60,667 nt of DNA, filler included, from 7 parts of 7 records of this genome joined end to end with filler, not necessarily neighbours in it; one strand, 5' to 3'. Shown: positions 19,322 through 30,290, counted from the whole stretch's first letter. Numbers and translations are program-made. Notes: generated by a model not told the origin, from the letters alone.

Positions 19322-20410
19322 TTATTTTAAAATACTGACTGTCTTGCTATCGCTCATGCCATTAAATCTGCTTCTAATCACATACTGTCCGCTCGTAATA
19401 CCGGAAGTTTCGACATTAAAAAGATGATTTCCCGAATTCACACATAAATTTGCAATATCTCTGATCTTTTGTCCCTTTAAGTTGTAGAGTGCTATAGATA
19501 ATTGTCCGGCCTCTACAGTATTAATTGATATGTTAAATTCTGGATTTGTAGGATTTGGAAAGGGCGCTTTCACTGAAAGGGCTTTTCTATGAGGTATTGT
19601 CAATTTGACCGTATCAAGCATATTTTCAGCCATATTTCTACTGGTTTCGCTAATGATATATGTCAGCTTATCTTTAAATCCAATATTTCTGTCAATATAA
19701 TCATAATCATTGGGTTCGCTGCTGCTTCCTGAAGCATTTTGCCATGTAAGCAGTATCCCATTCTTATAGATGTTATACCTTATTACTTCTGTCTCGCTCT
19801 CGGTTTGCCAGTTGATATGGACAGAATTGTTATGATATACGGCATTAAAATCAATTAATTCGACCGGAGTGGGGCTTTCAGATAGTTCTTGATTATTATT
19901 CAAACTTCCCGGTGTTGATGGCCCGTCTTCCCAGTTTGAACCTGGCATTCCCAAGAGGTATATTGAGCAAGTATCGGGACCACTGCCGCTTTCATGAATA
20001 CCAATATCCGGAAATTCCTCGCCTTCAGCCGGTTCATTCATACCCGTAAAACTGCCTTCATAGGCTATGATATCAACGAGTGTATCACAGTAAACCAAGA
20101 TCATCCCTTCCATATCGTTCTGAATTCCTTTTTGGTACCAGGTATAGAATTGAAAGTTGCCCTCCCGGTCTCCGACCTCGAACTCATCAATGGTATCCAG
20201 GCAATACTGCACACCATCATAGCCGTTGTACATATACAGGCATAGATCTCCAAGATAGTAATTCTCCGGATTTTCAACTACCACCTCGACAAATTCATTC
20301 TTGTCTGCTCCGGCATTGTCGTAATGGATTTCATTGATCCATGCATGGGGCAATGCGAAAAGCACTCCAAAGATGAAAAAAGTGATGAATAATACGTGCT
20401 TCTTTTTCAT
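19322..20410 (-). CDS. Secreted protein with LTD-like N-terminus and T9SS/FlgD-Ig-like C-terminal domain
   Basis: Signal peptide, WINEIHYDN.G.D..EFVEV, TPVEL..F.A, PFPNPTNP...YNLKGQ...SGQY. Confidence 0.8.
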   Translation of the reverse strand: MKKKHVLFITFFIFGVLFALPHAWINEIHYDNAGADKNEFVEVVVENPENYYLGDLCLYMYNGYDGVQYCLDTIDEFEVGDREGNFQFYTWYQKGIQNDMEGMILVYCDTLVDIIAYEGSFTGMNEPAEGEEFPDIGIHESGSGPDTCSIYLLGMPGSNWEDGPSTPGSLNNNQELSESPTPVELIDFNAVYHNNSVHINWQTESETEVIRYNIYKNGILLTWQNASGSSSEPNDYDYIDRNIGFKDKLTYIISETSRNMAENMLDTVKLTIPHRKALSVKAPFPNPTNPEFNISINTVEAGQLSIALYNLKGQKIRDIANLCVNSGNHLFNVETSGITSGQYVIRSRFNGMSDSKTVSILK

Positions 20411-20479
20411 TTCGTCCTCCTCGATTTTCTAAAGAAAAATAAGGAGAATAATATGCTTTGTCTATGAGGAAATTTGGAG

Positions 20480-20495
20480 TGTGATGTTCATCACA
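20480..20495. promoter_or_regulatory. CRP-family binding site
   Basis: Perfect TGTGA-N6-TCACA, 70-85 nt upstream of the secreted-protein ATG. Confidence 0.55.
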
Positions 20496-20509
20496 TTTAT
20501 TTATAATGA

Positions 20510-20576
20510 AAATGTAGGGGCGACTCGAGAGTCGCCCGATAAGAAAATGGGAGGTTCTCGAACCTCCCGTACATTT
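20510..20576. repeat. GTAG-type REP doublet (REPIN-like)
   Basis: GTAGGGGCGACTCGAGAGTCGCCC and inverted GTACGGGAGGTTCGAGAACCTCCC hairpins, flanked by AAATGTA/TACATTT. Confidence 0.75.
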
Positions 20577-20605
20577 AATTCATATCAATGAGGAGTTTAA
20601 GAATT

Positions 20606-22040
20606 TTACACCAAAAAGATCTTCAAGAAATTCAACCTTCTTATAACGATCTTATTTCCTAATATCTCACAGATCTCGAATACTCCGGGGCTTACACCAA
20701 AACCGGTCACGGCGATCCTTAAAGGATGTATCAGTGTTGCAGCTTTGATATCCAGTTTTTCCGCTGTTTCCCGAAGGATAGATTCAAGTTCTTCCTTATT
20801 TGGATTGTCGCAAGAACTGTAAGCTTTGCTCAATTCATCTAGGTAATATTTGATCTTTGGCAATTGCAGGTGTTTTTCGATCGCTTCATTGTCATAACTT
20901 AGTGGATCTTTGAAAAGATATTTGCCGAATGTCACAAATTCGTTTAGTAAGCGTATCCTTGATTTGAGCAGATCGGTATACTTTATTCCTGTTCCATCTA
21001 AAAAGTTTTCATCGATCCAGCCTTCATTTATCCAAAGGGGCTTTACAAAAGGCCAAATTTCCTCCGCTTTACTTTTGGATAAATGCTGTCCGTTGATCCA
21101 ACCAAGCTTATCAAGATCAAAAATTGCACCTTTTTTATTCACTTTGCTTATATCATAACGTTGAATAAGCTCTTCTAAGCTAAAGATCGGTTTGGGCACA
21201 TTATCGCCCCATCCAAGCAGGGCAAGACCATTCAGCAGGCCCTCAGGCAGGAATCCGAGCTCTTTGAATTCATCTACCGAACTTGCTCCGTGACGTTTGG
21301 ATAATCTTTTACCGTCTGAAGCCAAAATGAGAGGTAAATGTCCAAATTTTGGTACTTTCTTACCTAGGGCGAGGTAAAGTAGGATCTGTTTTGGTGTGTT
21401 GGATAGGTGATCTTCTCCGCGAATAACGTGGGTAATGTTCATGTTCGCATCGTCAACCACAACAGAAAGCTGATAAATAGGCGTACCATCTGAACGTATG
21501 ATGATAAAATCATCAATTTCCTCATTATTGACCGCAATATCGCGGTAGACCATATCTTTGAAACGGGTAATACCTTCAGGTACCTTGAATCGCACGGTGT
21601 AAGGGATATCGGCATCAAGTTTAGCCTGAATTTCCTCATTATTTAGCTTCCTGCAGCGTCCGGAGTAACGATAAGGGCGTTTTTCGGCTTCAGCTTTTGC
21701 TTTATCAGCCTCCAGCTCTTCTTTTGAACAGAAACAGCGATAGGCCTTATCCTCTTTGAGAAGCTTATTAGCTGCATCCAGATGATCTTGTGCATAATCG
21801 CTTTGGATTACGGGTTCTTCATCTGCGGAAAGTCCCAACCAAGCGAGAGCATCCAATATTTCATGCATATTTTCATCTGTAGAACGTTCTTTATCGGTAT
21901 CTTCGATTCGCAGGCAGTAAACACCGCCTTTCTGACGGGCATAGAGATAATTAAATAGAGCTGTTCTCACTCCGCCGATATGCAGATGGCCGGTAGGAGA
22001 GGGAGCAAAACGGACGCGGATTTGTTTTTCTGTGTTATTC
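20606..22040 (-). CDS. gltX: Glutamate--tRNA ligase (start just beyond contig edge)
   Basis: RVRFAPSPTGHLHIGG, LRIEDTD, RGEDHLSNT, KRLSKRHGA. Confidence 0.96.
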
Positions 22041-22140
22041 NNNNNNNNNNNNNNNNNNNNNNNNNNNNNNNNNNNNNNNNNNNNTTAATTAATTAANNNN
22101 NNNNNNNNNNNNNNNNNNNNNNNNNNNNNNNNNNNNNNNN
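22041..22140. other. Artificial contig spacer
   Basis: N run with TTAATTAATTAA. Confidence 0.99.
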
Positions 22141-22170
22141 GTGTCTTGCTAGTCTAATTTTTACTGGCAT
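22141..22170 (-). CDS. rpsP: 5' end of 30S ribosomal protein S16
   Basis: Reads MPVKIRLARH, the Bacteroidota-type S16 N-terminus. Confidence 0.8.
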
Positions 22171-22256
22171 GTGTTTAAAATTTTATTTGTTTAACAAATG
22201 TTGCAAAAAACTCTGTTTTGCGGGCGCAAAGATAAGTAATAAATTTAATAATTGAA

Positions 22257-23333
22257 TTATTTGCGCTTAAAAATTAGAAAGTTACCATGGTTATTCTGAG
22301 AATAATCGATAATCAAAGCAACAATTTCATTATAATCTTTTATGCCTTTATTTACGTTGTTACTTTTTAAATAGGTGTCGTTTACTTTTGATGCTACTCT
22401 ATCAATGTTCTTATTTTGCCATTGTCTCCAATGTTTGTTTTTACTAACCAGGTCATTTACAATTTCAGGTTTAATGGATTTTAAATATTCAGGGTAGTTT
22501 ACAAGAGGTTTAGCTTCGCGAAGAAAGTAGTTAAGTACAAACAGCCAGGCTGAATATCTTGTAAACTGATCTTTGCTGTAGATACATGCCATCCAGCCAT
22601 AAAAACTTGCTTCTGCTTCGCTTGTTATACCAAGTTGATGCGCTTTTTCATGTCCAATAACGCATGGTTCATCCCATGGAGTTAGATATTTGTTTATTTG
22701 AATCTCGTTAAAGAACGGACCATAATAGCCAAGGATAGTTGCTTTAGCAAAGAAACTACTAAAAGTTATGTGTTTTGGTTTAATACTTAAAGGCAAGTTA
22801 TCAATTTTTAGTTGACTCGCTAAACTCTGATAAGAAGTTTCTATGGCACTAATTGACTTTTCTTTGTCGTAATCTTCAATGCTGCAGTAATTGGAATTTG
22901 CATTGTCTATTACTGCCTGTAATATACTTTCAAAAAGTTCATCCTTATTATTTGTTCTCTCCATATTTAAGCGGCTATACGCATCTTGCCTGAAGTAATT
23001 AAAGCCCCATAACCAGTAAAATAATATGTAACATATTGAAATTGTTTGGATAACTCTTACAAAAAAGAACTTCAGTGTCATCTTTTTAAAGACGACAAGA
23101 AGAATACAAATGAAAAATAGTAATACGAGGGTGATGTAGAATACATCATCTATTGAAAACGGAACTATTTTGGATAGAGAAGTAAGTACTTTTGAAATAT
23201 ATGGATAAATACCTTGTGCATATAATTTTTCAGTATAGATTGGAAAGGAAGCTGCTAACTTAACTAAAATTGCAGTTGTAATTGCTGCAAGCAAAGTGAC
23301 CAGGAGCTTATTCTTATAAAAGGTAAGTTTCAT
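22257..23333 (-). CDS. DUF3810-like membrane zinc metalloprotease
   Basis: TM helices, WGFNY.R, GYYGPFFNE, HEKAHQLG..SEAEA. Confidence 0.85.
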   Translation of the reverse strand: MKLTFYKNKLLVTLLAAITTAILVKLAASFPIYTEKLYAQGIYPYISKVLTSLSKIVPFSIDDVFYITLVLLFFICILLVVFKKMTLKFFFVRVIQTISICYILFYWLWGFNYFRQDAYSRLNMERTNNKDELFESILQAVIDNANSNYCSIEDYDKEKSISAIETSYQSLASQLKIDNLPLSIKPKHITFSSFFAKATILGYYGPFFNEIQINKYLTPWDEPCVIGHEKAHQLGITSEAEASFYGWMACIYSKDQFTRYSAWLFVLNYFLREAKPLVNYPEYLKSIKPEIVNDLVSKNKHWRQWQNKNIDRVASKVNDTYLKSNNVNKGIKDYNEIVALIIDYSQNNHGNFLIFKRK

Positions 23334-23396
23334 TTATTATTATAATTGTTACTTTCGCTATTTAGCAAATATAATTGTAATCAAATTAGGAAAATC

Positions 23397-24755
23397 ATGC
23401 GCATTCATTTTATTGCAATCGGAGGAGCTGCAATGCATAATTTAGCCATTGCACTAAAAAATAAAGGATATAAAGTTAGCGGTTCAGATGATGAAATATT
23501 TGATCCGTCAAAAAGTCGGTTAAAAAAGCATGGTTTGTTGCCTGAAAAGTTTGGTTGGTTTCCAGATAAAATATCCAGTGAATTAGATGTGATTATACTT
23601 GGAATGCATGCCCGTAAAGATAATCCTGAGCTTCTAAAAGCCTTGGAGATGAATCTGAAGGTTTATTCCTACCCTGAATATTTGTATGAACAGTGCAAAG
23701 ATAAAAAGAGAGTTGTCATTGGAGGAAGCCATGGAAAAACGACAATTACTTCAATGATTATGCATGTTTTAAAAGACCAGAATGTGCAGTTTGATTATAT
23801 GGTTGGAGCTCAAATTGAAGGTTTTGAAACAATGGTTAGTTTGAGCCATGATGCTCCTGTTGCTATTTTTGAAGGGGATGAGTATTTATCTTCGCCAATA
23901 GATCTAAGGCCAAAGTTTCATTGGTATAAACCTGATATTGCACTTTTAAGTGGTGTTGCCTGGGATCATATTAATGTTTTTCCAACCTGGGAAAACTATA
24001 CAAGTCAATTTAAAATATTTGCGGATTCCATAGAAAAGGATGGTACATTAATTTGGTGTATTTACGATGAGGTGCTGCAAGATATTGCAGATAACTTAAG
24101 GACTGATATCAAATCTTTAGCTTATGATGAATTACAAACAAAGAATAGTCAAGATACACCTGTAGTTAGTTTTAATGGAGTAGATTACGAACTTTCTGTA
24201 TTTGGAAGTCATAATCTGCAGAATATAAATGGAGCCAGATTAGTTTGTGGGGAATTGGGCATTACTGATGAACAGTTTTTAGAAAGTATATCGACATTTA
24301 AGGGAGCTCAGAAAAGATTGCAATGCTTAAAAGAAGGTAGTGATTTTTGTGCTTTTCTTGATTTTGCGCATTCTCCATCAAAATTAAAGGCAACTGTTAA
24401 TGCTGTAAAAAACAAGTATAGTCAGAACAAGCTAGTCGCATGTATGGAGCTACATACATTCAGCAGTTTGAGCAAAGAATTCTTACCACAATATAAAAAT
24501 ACAATGCAGGATGCTGATGAAGCATTGGTCTATTTTAATCCAGAGGTTGTACAACATAAAAAATTACCGGAGATTTCTGAAGAGGAAGTTTATGATGCTT
24601 TCGGAACGAGTAATGTAAAAGTATTTTCAGATTCTACCGTATTACAGACATACCTAAAAAACAAAACTTGGAAGAATTCAACGTTACTATTTATGAGCTC
24701 AGGTAATTTTTCAGGTATTGATTTTACTTCATTTGTCAATAATCTTGTTGTCTAA
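23397..24755 (+). CDS. Mur ligase, Mpl/MurC family
   Basis: IHFIAIGGAAMHNLA, GSHGKTT, EGDEY, DHIN, DFAHSP. Confidence 0.9.
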   Translation: MRIHFIAIGGAAMHNLAIALKNKGYKVSGSDDEIFDPSKSRLKKHGLLPEKFGWFPDKISSELDVIILGMHARKDNPELLKALEMNLKVYSYPEYLYEQCKDKKRVVIGGSHGKTTITSMIMHVLKDQNVQFDYMVGAQIEGFETMVSLSHDAPVAIFEGDEYLSSPIDLRPKFHWYKPDIALLSGVAWDHINVFPTWENYTSQFKIFADSIEKDGTLIWCIYDEVLQDIADNLRTDIKSLAYDELQTKNSQDTPVVSFNGVDYELSVFGSHNLQNINGARLVCGELGITDEQFLESISTFKGAQKRLQCLKEGSDFCAFLDFAHSPSKLKATVNAVKNKYSQNKLVACMELHTFSSLSKEFLPQYKNTMQDADEALVYFNPEVVQHKKLPEISEEEVYDAFGTSNVKVFSDSTVLQTYLKNKTWKNSTLLFMSSGNFSGIDFTSFVNNLVV

Positions 24756-24999
24756 TGATACTTTTCTATTAAACAATAATATTTGACTAGTTTATGCTTA
24801 TCACGGAAGTGGTTAGTTTAAGATCATGTCTTATTGAAGCATTATTTGTCACAATTTTCAAATAAGAGTTGACTATTTAGCGTAATTTCTAATCATTTTT
24901 ACATGTTCGTAATCGGACGATATGCTTAGAGGCTGATTTTCTATTTGGCATTTCTATTTGATTTGGCATTTTTAATATGCAATATATCAAGCAGATGTA

Positions 25000-25020
25000 T
25001 TTGTCACGCTTTTGTCACGC
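25000..25020 (+). promoter_or_regulatory. 11-bp-period direct repeat (OmpR/PhoB-type site candidate)
   Basis: TTTGTCACGC-T-TTTGTCACGC; a further TTTGTCAC at 24845. Confidence 0.45.
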
Positions 25021-25124
25021 CTGTTCTTAGGTAATTATTATTGCTTCTTTGTACTTTAGATGTGGAGGATTAAGAAAAGGAGAATACCATTTTTTATCAT
25101 TTAATACCTAAACCACATTTTGAC

Positions 25125-27266
25125 ATGGATAACAAAATGAATTTAACCAATGGACTGTCGAAGTCTGATATGAGAAAATATTCTTATGAAAACTTCAGGG
25201 CATTTTATAAGGACTCATCACAAAGTGGAGATACATTAAGTAGTGCATCTCCAATTAAGCTTCGTGCAACTAGAAGTTTAATTACGCGACGAACAACTTT
25301 GTTGCGTGAATCTTTTAAGCCTGATACCCGTGTAATGGCTACCTCACTACTTGTCCCTTCTGAGTTTGCCTGGGCATTGGATTGCATCCCGCTAAACCTG
25401 GAGATGTTTAGTAGCCTATTAGCTTCCCATTCTCAGATTATTGATCTCAATAATAAAGGAAGTTTGACAGCTCCCAGGTGTAGCTTTATAAATTCCATGA
25501 AAGGAGCTTTAGTCGAAGGCTTAATTCCAATTCCTGATGTTTTGGTTAGTTCGAGTGCGTATTGTGAAGGTATTGGATTGTCTTTTGAAGACGTTCGTAA
25601 AGAATTTAATATCAATCATTATCATATTGAGTTGCCAGTCTATGCCTTGGATAGTTCCGTAACTCATCTTGCAGAACAATTAAAAAGTAATTTTCTCGAA
25701 ATAGCTAAAGATCTTAATGTAGATAAGGATGAAGCATTAAATAATTTTAAAAAGGTAATGTATTATTCGTCCATAGCGAGAAAAGAGTTTCTGGAATTAT
25801 GGAATTATAGAAAATCAAAAGGTCCTGTAAATTTAGGTCTGGAGCCATTACACTGGCATATGCAGTTTTTACCAATGTGGGGAGATGAGAAGGCGGTAGA
25901 TATGTGTGCCAGATTAAAAAATGAGTTTATTGATTATGCGGATAATCTAACTGATGATCAGAAAGAAGGTGTGCCTGTTGCTATGTATGGATTAATTCCA
26001 TATGGTAGAACAGATGTTTGGAGTATTTTAAATGAGGTAAATGCGTATATGTCTTTTGAAGGGGTAAATTACCTGGGAGAGTATGTTATGCCTGATTTAG
26101 ATAATTATGATGCTTTAAGTGTTGATGATCTGTTTGAGAACTTAGCACAAAACCTGATTAATGTACCAATGCGTGGTGGAGACATAATTGAGAAATCAGA
26201 CCGCTTTATGAAAGAGGCTAAGCAAATGGGCAGTAAGGGAATTATGATTGTTTCTCACGAGCATTGTCAATTGTTAGCACCTCGTTTACATGAGCTTGAG
26301 AATGAAGCAACTAAAAATAGTTTAAAAGTAGTTTCACTGGGAGGTGATTGTATCTTAGGAATGCCTAAAGGACCAACTTCTTTTAGGTTGCGTACATTTT
26401 TAACTTCACTTCAGGGTATAAGTCTTAAAAAAGAAATAAAACCAGCTATTAAAAACGAAACTAATATTACTGAAAGTGGGTATAAGTTGGGAGTTGATTT
26501 TGGAAGTGGATTTAGTAAATATATTTTGCTGGATGAAAATCAAGAAGTTGTTGAGCAAGGACTTTTTTCATCAGGTATTGACTATCCAGGATTATTGTCC
26601 GAAATTAGAAAGAAAATTAATGTAACCAAACCGGTATTACTAGGCGTTGCCGGAGTAGGTAGTGATAACCCAATATTCAGAGATATGGTAAACCGCCAAA
26701 CCACAGAGATGAATGCCCTAATTAATTCATGTAAGAAACTCTTTCGTAACAGAAGTGAGTGTTTGGTTGTAGATATAGGTACGCAGGATGTTAAAATCCT
26801 ACACTTTGAGGACATGAATTCTTCTCCTTGGATAAATACAAATAAAAGTTGCGGTGCAGGTACGGGAATGGTATTGGCTCAAATTCTTGAAAGATGGAAA
26901 CAAACAAATCCGAATTTTACTTTTGAAACACTTGATCAATTAGCCTTTGAAGCAGAAGAAAGTGAAGTGATAAATACTACTTGTGGAATTTTTGCAGTTA
27001 CGAATGTTGTTTCTGCGTTGATACAATCTTCTGACGAAAAGCGAAAAGCAATACTTAGGGGCTTATATGAATATGTAGCTACGCAGGCGATTAAACTTCT
27101 TCCCAGAGAATTACAAAAAGGAGGAGAGGTTTTTTTAACTGGAGGAGTTGCTAATCATAAAACGCTTCAAAAAGTTTTTAGGGAAAAAGGTTTTACACTT
27201 ATATCACCGGATCTTGATATTCATCCGCAGTATCTGGTGGCATTTGGTTCTGCCTTGTCAGTTTGA
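25125..27266 (+). CDS. Fusion of 2-hydroxyacyl-CoA dehydratase-like domain and ASKHA ATPase activator (HgdC/BcrAD family)
   Basis: N-part: VPSEFAWALD, RCSF, AYCEG, HEHCQ; C-part: GVDFGSGFSK, VDIGTQDVK, NKSCGAGTG, TTCGIFA, TGGVA. Confidence 0.85.
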   Translation: MDNKMNLTNGLSKSDMRKYSYENFRAFYKDSSQSGDTLSSASPIKLRATRSLITRRTTLLRESFKPDTRVMATSLLVPSEFAWALDCIPLNLEMFSSLLASHSQIIDLNNKGSLTAPRCSFINSMKGALVEGLIPIPDVLVSSSAYCEGIGLSFEDVRKEFNINHYHIELPVYALDSSVTHLAEQLKSNFLEIAKDLNVDKDEALNNFKKVMYYSSIARKEFLELWNYRKSKGPVNLGLEPLHWHMQFLPMWGDEKAVDMCARLKNEFIDYADNLTDDQKEGVPVAMYGLIPYGRTDVWSILNEVNAYMSFEGVNYLGEYVMPDLDNYDALSVDDLFENLAQNLINVPMRGGDIIEKSDRFMKEAKQMGSKGIMIVSHEHCQLLAPRLHELENEATKNSLKVVSLGGDCILGMPKGPTSFRLRTFLTSLQGISLKKEIKPAIKNETNITESGYKLGVDFGSGFSKYILLDENQEVVEQGLFSSGIDYPGLLSEIRKKINVTKPVLLGVAGVGSDNPIFRDMVNRQTTEMNALINSCKKLFRNRSECLVVDIGTQDVKILHFEDMNSSPWINTNKSCGAGTGMVLAQILERWKQTNPNFTFETLDQLAFEAEESEVINTTCGIFAVTNVVSALIQSSDEKRKAILRGLYEYVATQAIKLLPRELQKGGEVFLTGGVANHKTLQKVFREKGFTLISPDLDIHPQYLVAFGSALSV

Positions 27267-27287
27267 TACAATTTAAAGATTATAGCT

Positions 27288-28460
27288 ATGGACATTTTTT
27301 TGTTAGGTAATTTGTTGATTATTGCTGCTGCAATGCTGTGTTGGTCACTGTTGTATGTTGCTTTTAAGAAGACATTCGTTTTAATTATAGGGTCGGTTTT
27401 TTTAGGCGTTATTGCCTCAGTTGCCTGTTTTGCATTTACGGTAGGACACAAAGGACTGATTCATCTTGCTTGGGCAGTGCCTATAGCTATAATCTTGATT
27501 TTAAGCAGCTATTATTTATTGTCAAAAAAGGTAAAAGAACCTGTTCAACATATCACAAATGTGTTAAAGAGTATGAGTGAGAAAGATCTCACAGTAAGTG
27601 TAGATCAGAAATATAGAAAAGAGAAATATGAGATTAAGGCTTTAGTTGAGTCCGTTATAGAGTTGTTAAACTCTAACAGATCACTCATGTCAAATCTGGA
27701 TGTTAGTTCTACTAATCTGTTAAATTCTAGTTCTCATATTAATTCCAGTTCTTCTACCATCAGTAATGGTGCTACAGAACAAGCCAGCGGAATAGAAGAA
27801 ATTTCTTCATCGATTGAAGAAATGACAGCAAATATCCAGAATAATGCAGACAATGCACAAGAATCGAAAGAACTGAGTTTGACAGCAAGCAAAAAGCTTG
27901 CGGATTCATATAAAGTTATTGAGGAAGCAACTCAATTGATGAACAAAATTAATTCTGAAGTGAGTGTTGTTACACAGATTGCAGGTCAAACTAATATCTT
28001 GGCATTAAATGCTTCTATTGAAGCTTCAAAGGCTGGAGGAGCCGGTAAAGGATTTGCTGTAGTCGCAAATGAAGTAAGGAAGTTGGCGGAATTAAGTAAT
28101 GATTCTGCTGCTTTTATTACTAAACTGGCTAAAAATGGAGTAGAAAAAGTAACAGAGGTTTTAGAGGAGATTGGAGGTTTAGTGGAAGGTACATCAAAAT
28201 CTTCGGAATTGGTTGCGGAAGTCGCTGCAGCTAGTCAGGAGATGAATATTGGTGCGAATCAGATTAATTCATCTATACAGGAATTAAGTAAAGTTGTACA
28301 AGAGAACGCCGCCTCAAGTGAAGAGCTTAGTGCAACTTCACAAGGTTTATATGATACGGCGCAGAAGCTTGCAGATATAGTTAAATCTTATGAATATCGT
28401 GAAACGCAAGTTATTCAGATAGATAAAAAAAGTAGTAAAGAGAAAACAAGAACGGCTTAG
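27288..28460 (+). CDS. Methyl-accepting chemotaxis protein (3 TM-HAMP-signalling domain)
   Basis: IAGQTNILALNASIEASKAG.AGKGFAVVANEVRKLAE hairpin; no periplasmic domain. Confidence 0.93.
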   Translation: MDIFLLGNLLIIAAAMLCWSLLYVAFKKTFVLIIGSVFLGVIASVACFAFTVGHKGLIHLAWAVPIAIILILSSYYLLSKKVKEPVQHITNVLKSMSEKDLTVSVDQKYRKEKYEIKALVESVIELLNSNRSLMSNLDVSSTNLLNSSSHINSSSSTISNGATEQASGIEEISSSIEEMTANIQNNADNAQESKELSLTASKKLADSYKVIEEATQLMNKINSEVSVVTQIAGQTNILALNASIEASKAGGAGKGFAVVANEVRKLAELSNDSAAFITKLAKNGVEKVTEVLEEIGGLVEGTSKSSELVAEVAAASQEMNIGANQINSSIQELSKVVQENAASSEELSATSQGLYDTAQKLADIVKSYEYRETQVIQIDKKSSKEKTRTA

Positions 28461-28551
28461 AATTATAGTGTTTTAAATTAAGAGTTCCGTTTTAGGCTTG
28501 TAGTTTATTTTATGATGTATTGAGTTTGGTTTTTGGTAAAAATTAGAAGCT

Positions 28552-28983
28552 ATGGTTACATTTAATTATAATGAGGAGAAGGGGTATGTTGAAACAATGT
28601 TTATAGATGTTGTTAATCAGGGAGAAATAGTTAATTATTTGCACGCTTTAAGACAGAGTGAGATATATCCTAAAAATTTAAAAATTCTAATTGATGATAC
28701 GCAAGGGATTCTTTCCTTAAAGCCTCATCAGTTAAACGAAATTCTTAATGAGAATATTAGATTATTTGAAAGGTATGAGAGTTTAAATGTGGCTATTGTT
28801 ACTGATAGACCTGTGGATACTGCACTTGCAGTTATATATACTAGATTAATACAACTTGAACGTTATAAGTTTCAGGTTTTTAATACCAAAATGGCAGCTG
28901 ATTTATGGCTGAATAAAGGTATGGGTAAGAATCCTCACCATATTGTATCTAATGATGGATATAAAAATAACCTGGTGAATTGA
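28552..28983 (+). CDS. Small STAS/SpoIIAA-like hypothetical protein
   Basis: KILID, VAIV...P..TALA..Y, FQVFNT..AA..WL pattern. Confidence 0.6.
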   Translation: MVTFNYNEEKGYVETMFIDVVNQGEIVNYLHALRQSEIYPKNLKILIDDTQGILSLKPHQLNEILNENIRLFERYESLNVAIVTDRPVDTALAVIYTRLIQLERYKFQVFNTKMAADLWLNKGMGKNPHHIVSNDGYKNNLVN

Positions 28984-29029
28984 TTAGACTTACCTGTTTA
29001 AATTGTTTCTGTTTTTCCAAATCACAATA

Positions 29030-29062
29030 AAAAGGGGCTATGCAAACGTGCAAGCCCCTTTT
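29030..29062. terminator. Bidirectional intrinsic terminator
   Basis: AAAAGGGGCT...AGCCCCTTTT between convergent genes. Confidence 0.75.
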
Positions 29063-29088
29063 GAATTATAATCGTATCTGGTAATTTA

Positions 29089-30189
29089 CTAGTATCTGTA
29101 ATGCTCCGGTTTATAAGGACCTTCAACAGCAACACCAATATAGTCAGCTTGCTCTTTAGATAATTGCGTAAGCTTTACTCCTAATTTAGCTAAGTGAAGT
29201 CTGGCTACTTCTTCGTCTAGTCTTTTAGGTAATGTGTAAACTCCTATTTCATATTTGTTCTGCCATAATTCCAACTGAGCCAAAGTTTGATTAGTAAATG
29301 AGTTACTCATTACAAAACTAGGGTGGCCTGTAGCGTTACCTAGATTAACTAATCTACCTCTTGATAGTAAAATAATAGCATGTCCATCAGGGAATTCAAA
29401 ATAATCAACTTGTGGTTTAATATTAGTTTCTTTAATTCCCGGATATTTTTCAAGTTTTTCTACCTGAATTTCATTATCGAAGTGACCAATATTACAAACA
29501 ATAGCCTGGTCCTTCATTTTTGCCATATGTTCTATGGTAATGATATCTTTGTTACCAGTAGTAGTAACGTAAATATCAGCTTCTGCTAAAGCATCTTCAG
29601 TTGTAGTAACTTCAAATCCTTCCATAGCCGCTTGTAATGCGCAAATCGGGTCAATTTCAGTAACTAACACTCTGGCACCAAACCCACGCATACTTTGAGC
29701 ACAGCCCTTACCAACATCTCCGTAACCACAAACAAGCACAGTTTTACCTGCTACCATTACATCTGTACCTCTTTTAATACCATCTGCTAAACTTTCGCGA
29801 CAACCGTACAAATTATCAAATTTTGACTTGGTAACAGAATCATTCACATTGATAGCTGGGAAAAGTAATTCTCCTTTTTCCATCATTTGGTATAAGCGGT
29901 GTACTCCGGTAGTTGTTTCTTCACTAACACCCTGGCATTTTCCCGCCACTTTAGTCCAACGAGTAGCATTTTTATCTAACTCAATCTTTAAACGACTGAT
30001 AAGTTCACGGTAATCTTCACCTTCGTTGCTGTAATCTTTTTCAAGTATAGAAGCATCTTTTTCAATATCGCGTCCCAGATGAATCATCATGGTAGCATCA
30101 CCACCATCATCAACAATAAGATCAGGACCTTCACCATTTCCAAAGTCTAATGCACGTTCAGTACACCACCAGTATTCTTCAAGGGTTTC
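29089..30189 (-). CDS. ahcY: Adenosylhomocysteinase (5' truncated)
   Basis: [56 protein letters not shown]. Confidence 0.97.
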   Translation of the reverse strand, partial: ETLEEYWWCTERALDFGNGEGPDLIVDDGGDATMMIHLGRDIEKDASILEKDYSNEGEDYRELISRLKIELDKNATRWTKVAGKCQGVSEETTTGVHRLYQMMEKGELLFPAINVNDSVTKSKFDNLYGCRESLADGIKRGTDVMVAGKTVLVCGYGDVGKGCAQSMRGFGARVLVTEIDPICALQAAMEGFEVTTTEDALAEADIYVTTTGNKDIITIEHMAKMKDQAIVCNIGHFDNEIQVEKLEKYPGIKETNIKPQVDYFEFPDGHAIILLSRGRLVNLGNATGHPSFVMSNSFTNQTLAQLELWQNKYEIGVYTLPKRLDEEVARLHLAKLGVKLTQLSKEQADYIGVAVEGPYKPEHYRY

Positions 30190-30190
30190 A

Positions 30191-30290
30191 NNNNNNNNNN
30201 NNNNNNNNNNNNNNNNNNNNNNNNNNNNNNNNNNTTAATTAATTAANNNNNNNNNNNNNNNNNNNNNNNNNNNNNNNNNNNNNNNNNNNN
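30191..30290. other. Artificial contig spacer
   Basis: N run with TTAATTAATTAA. Confidence 0.99.
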
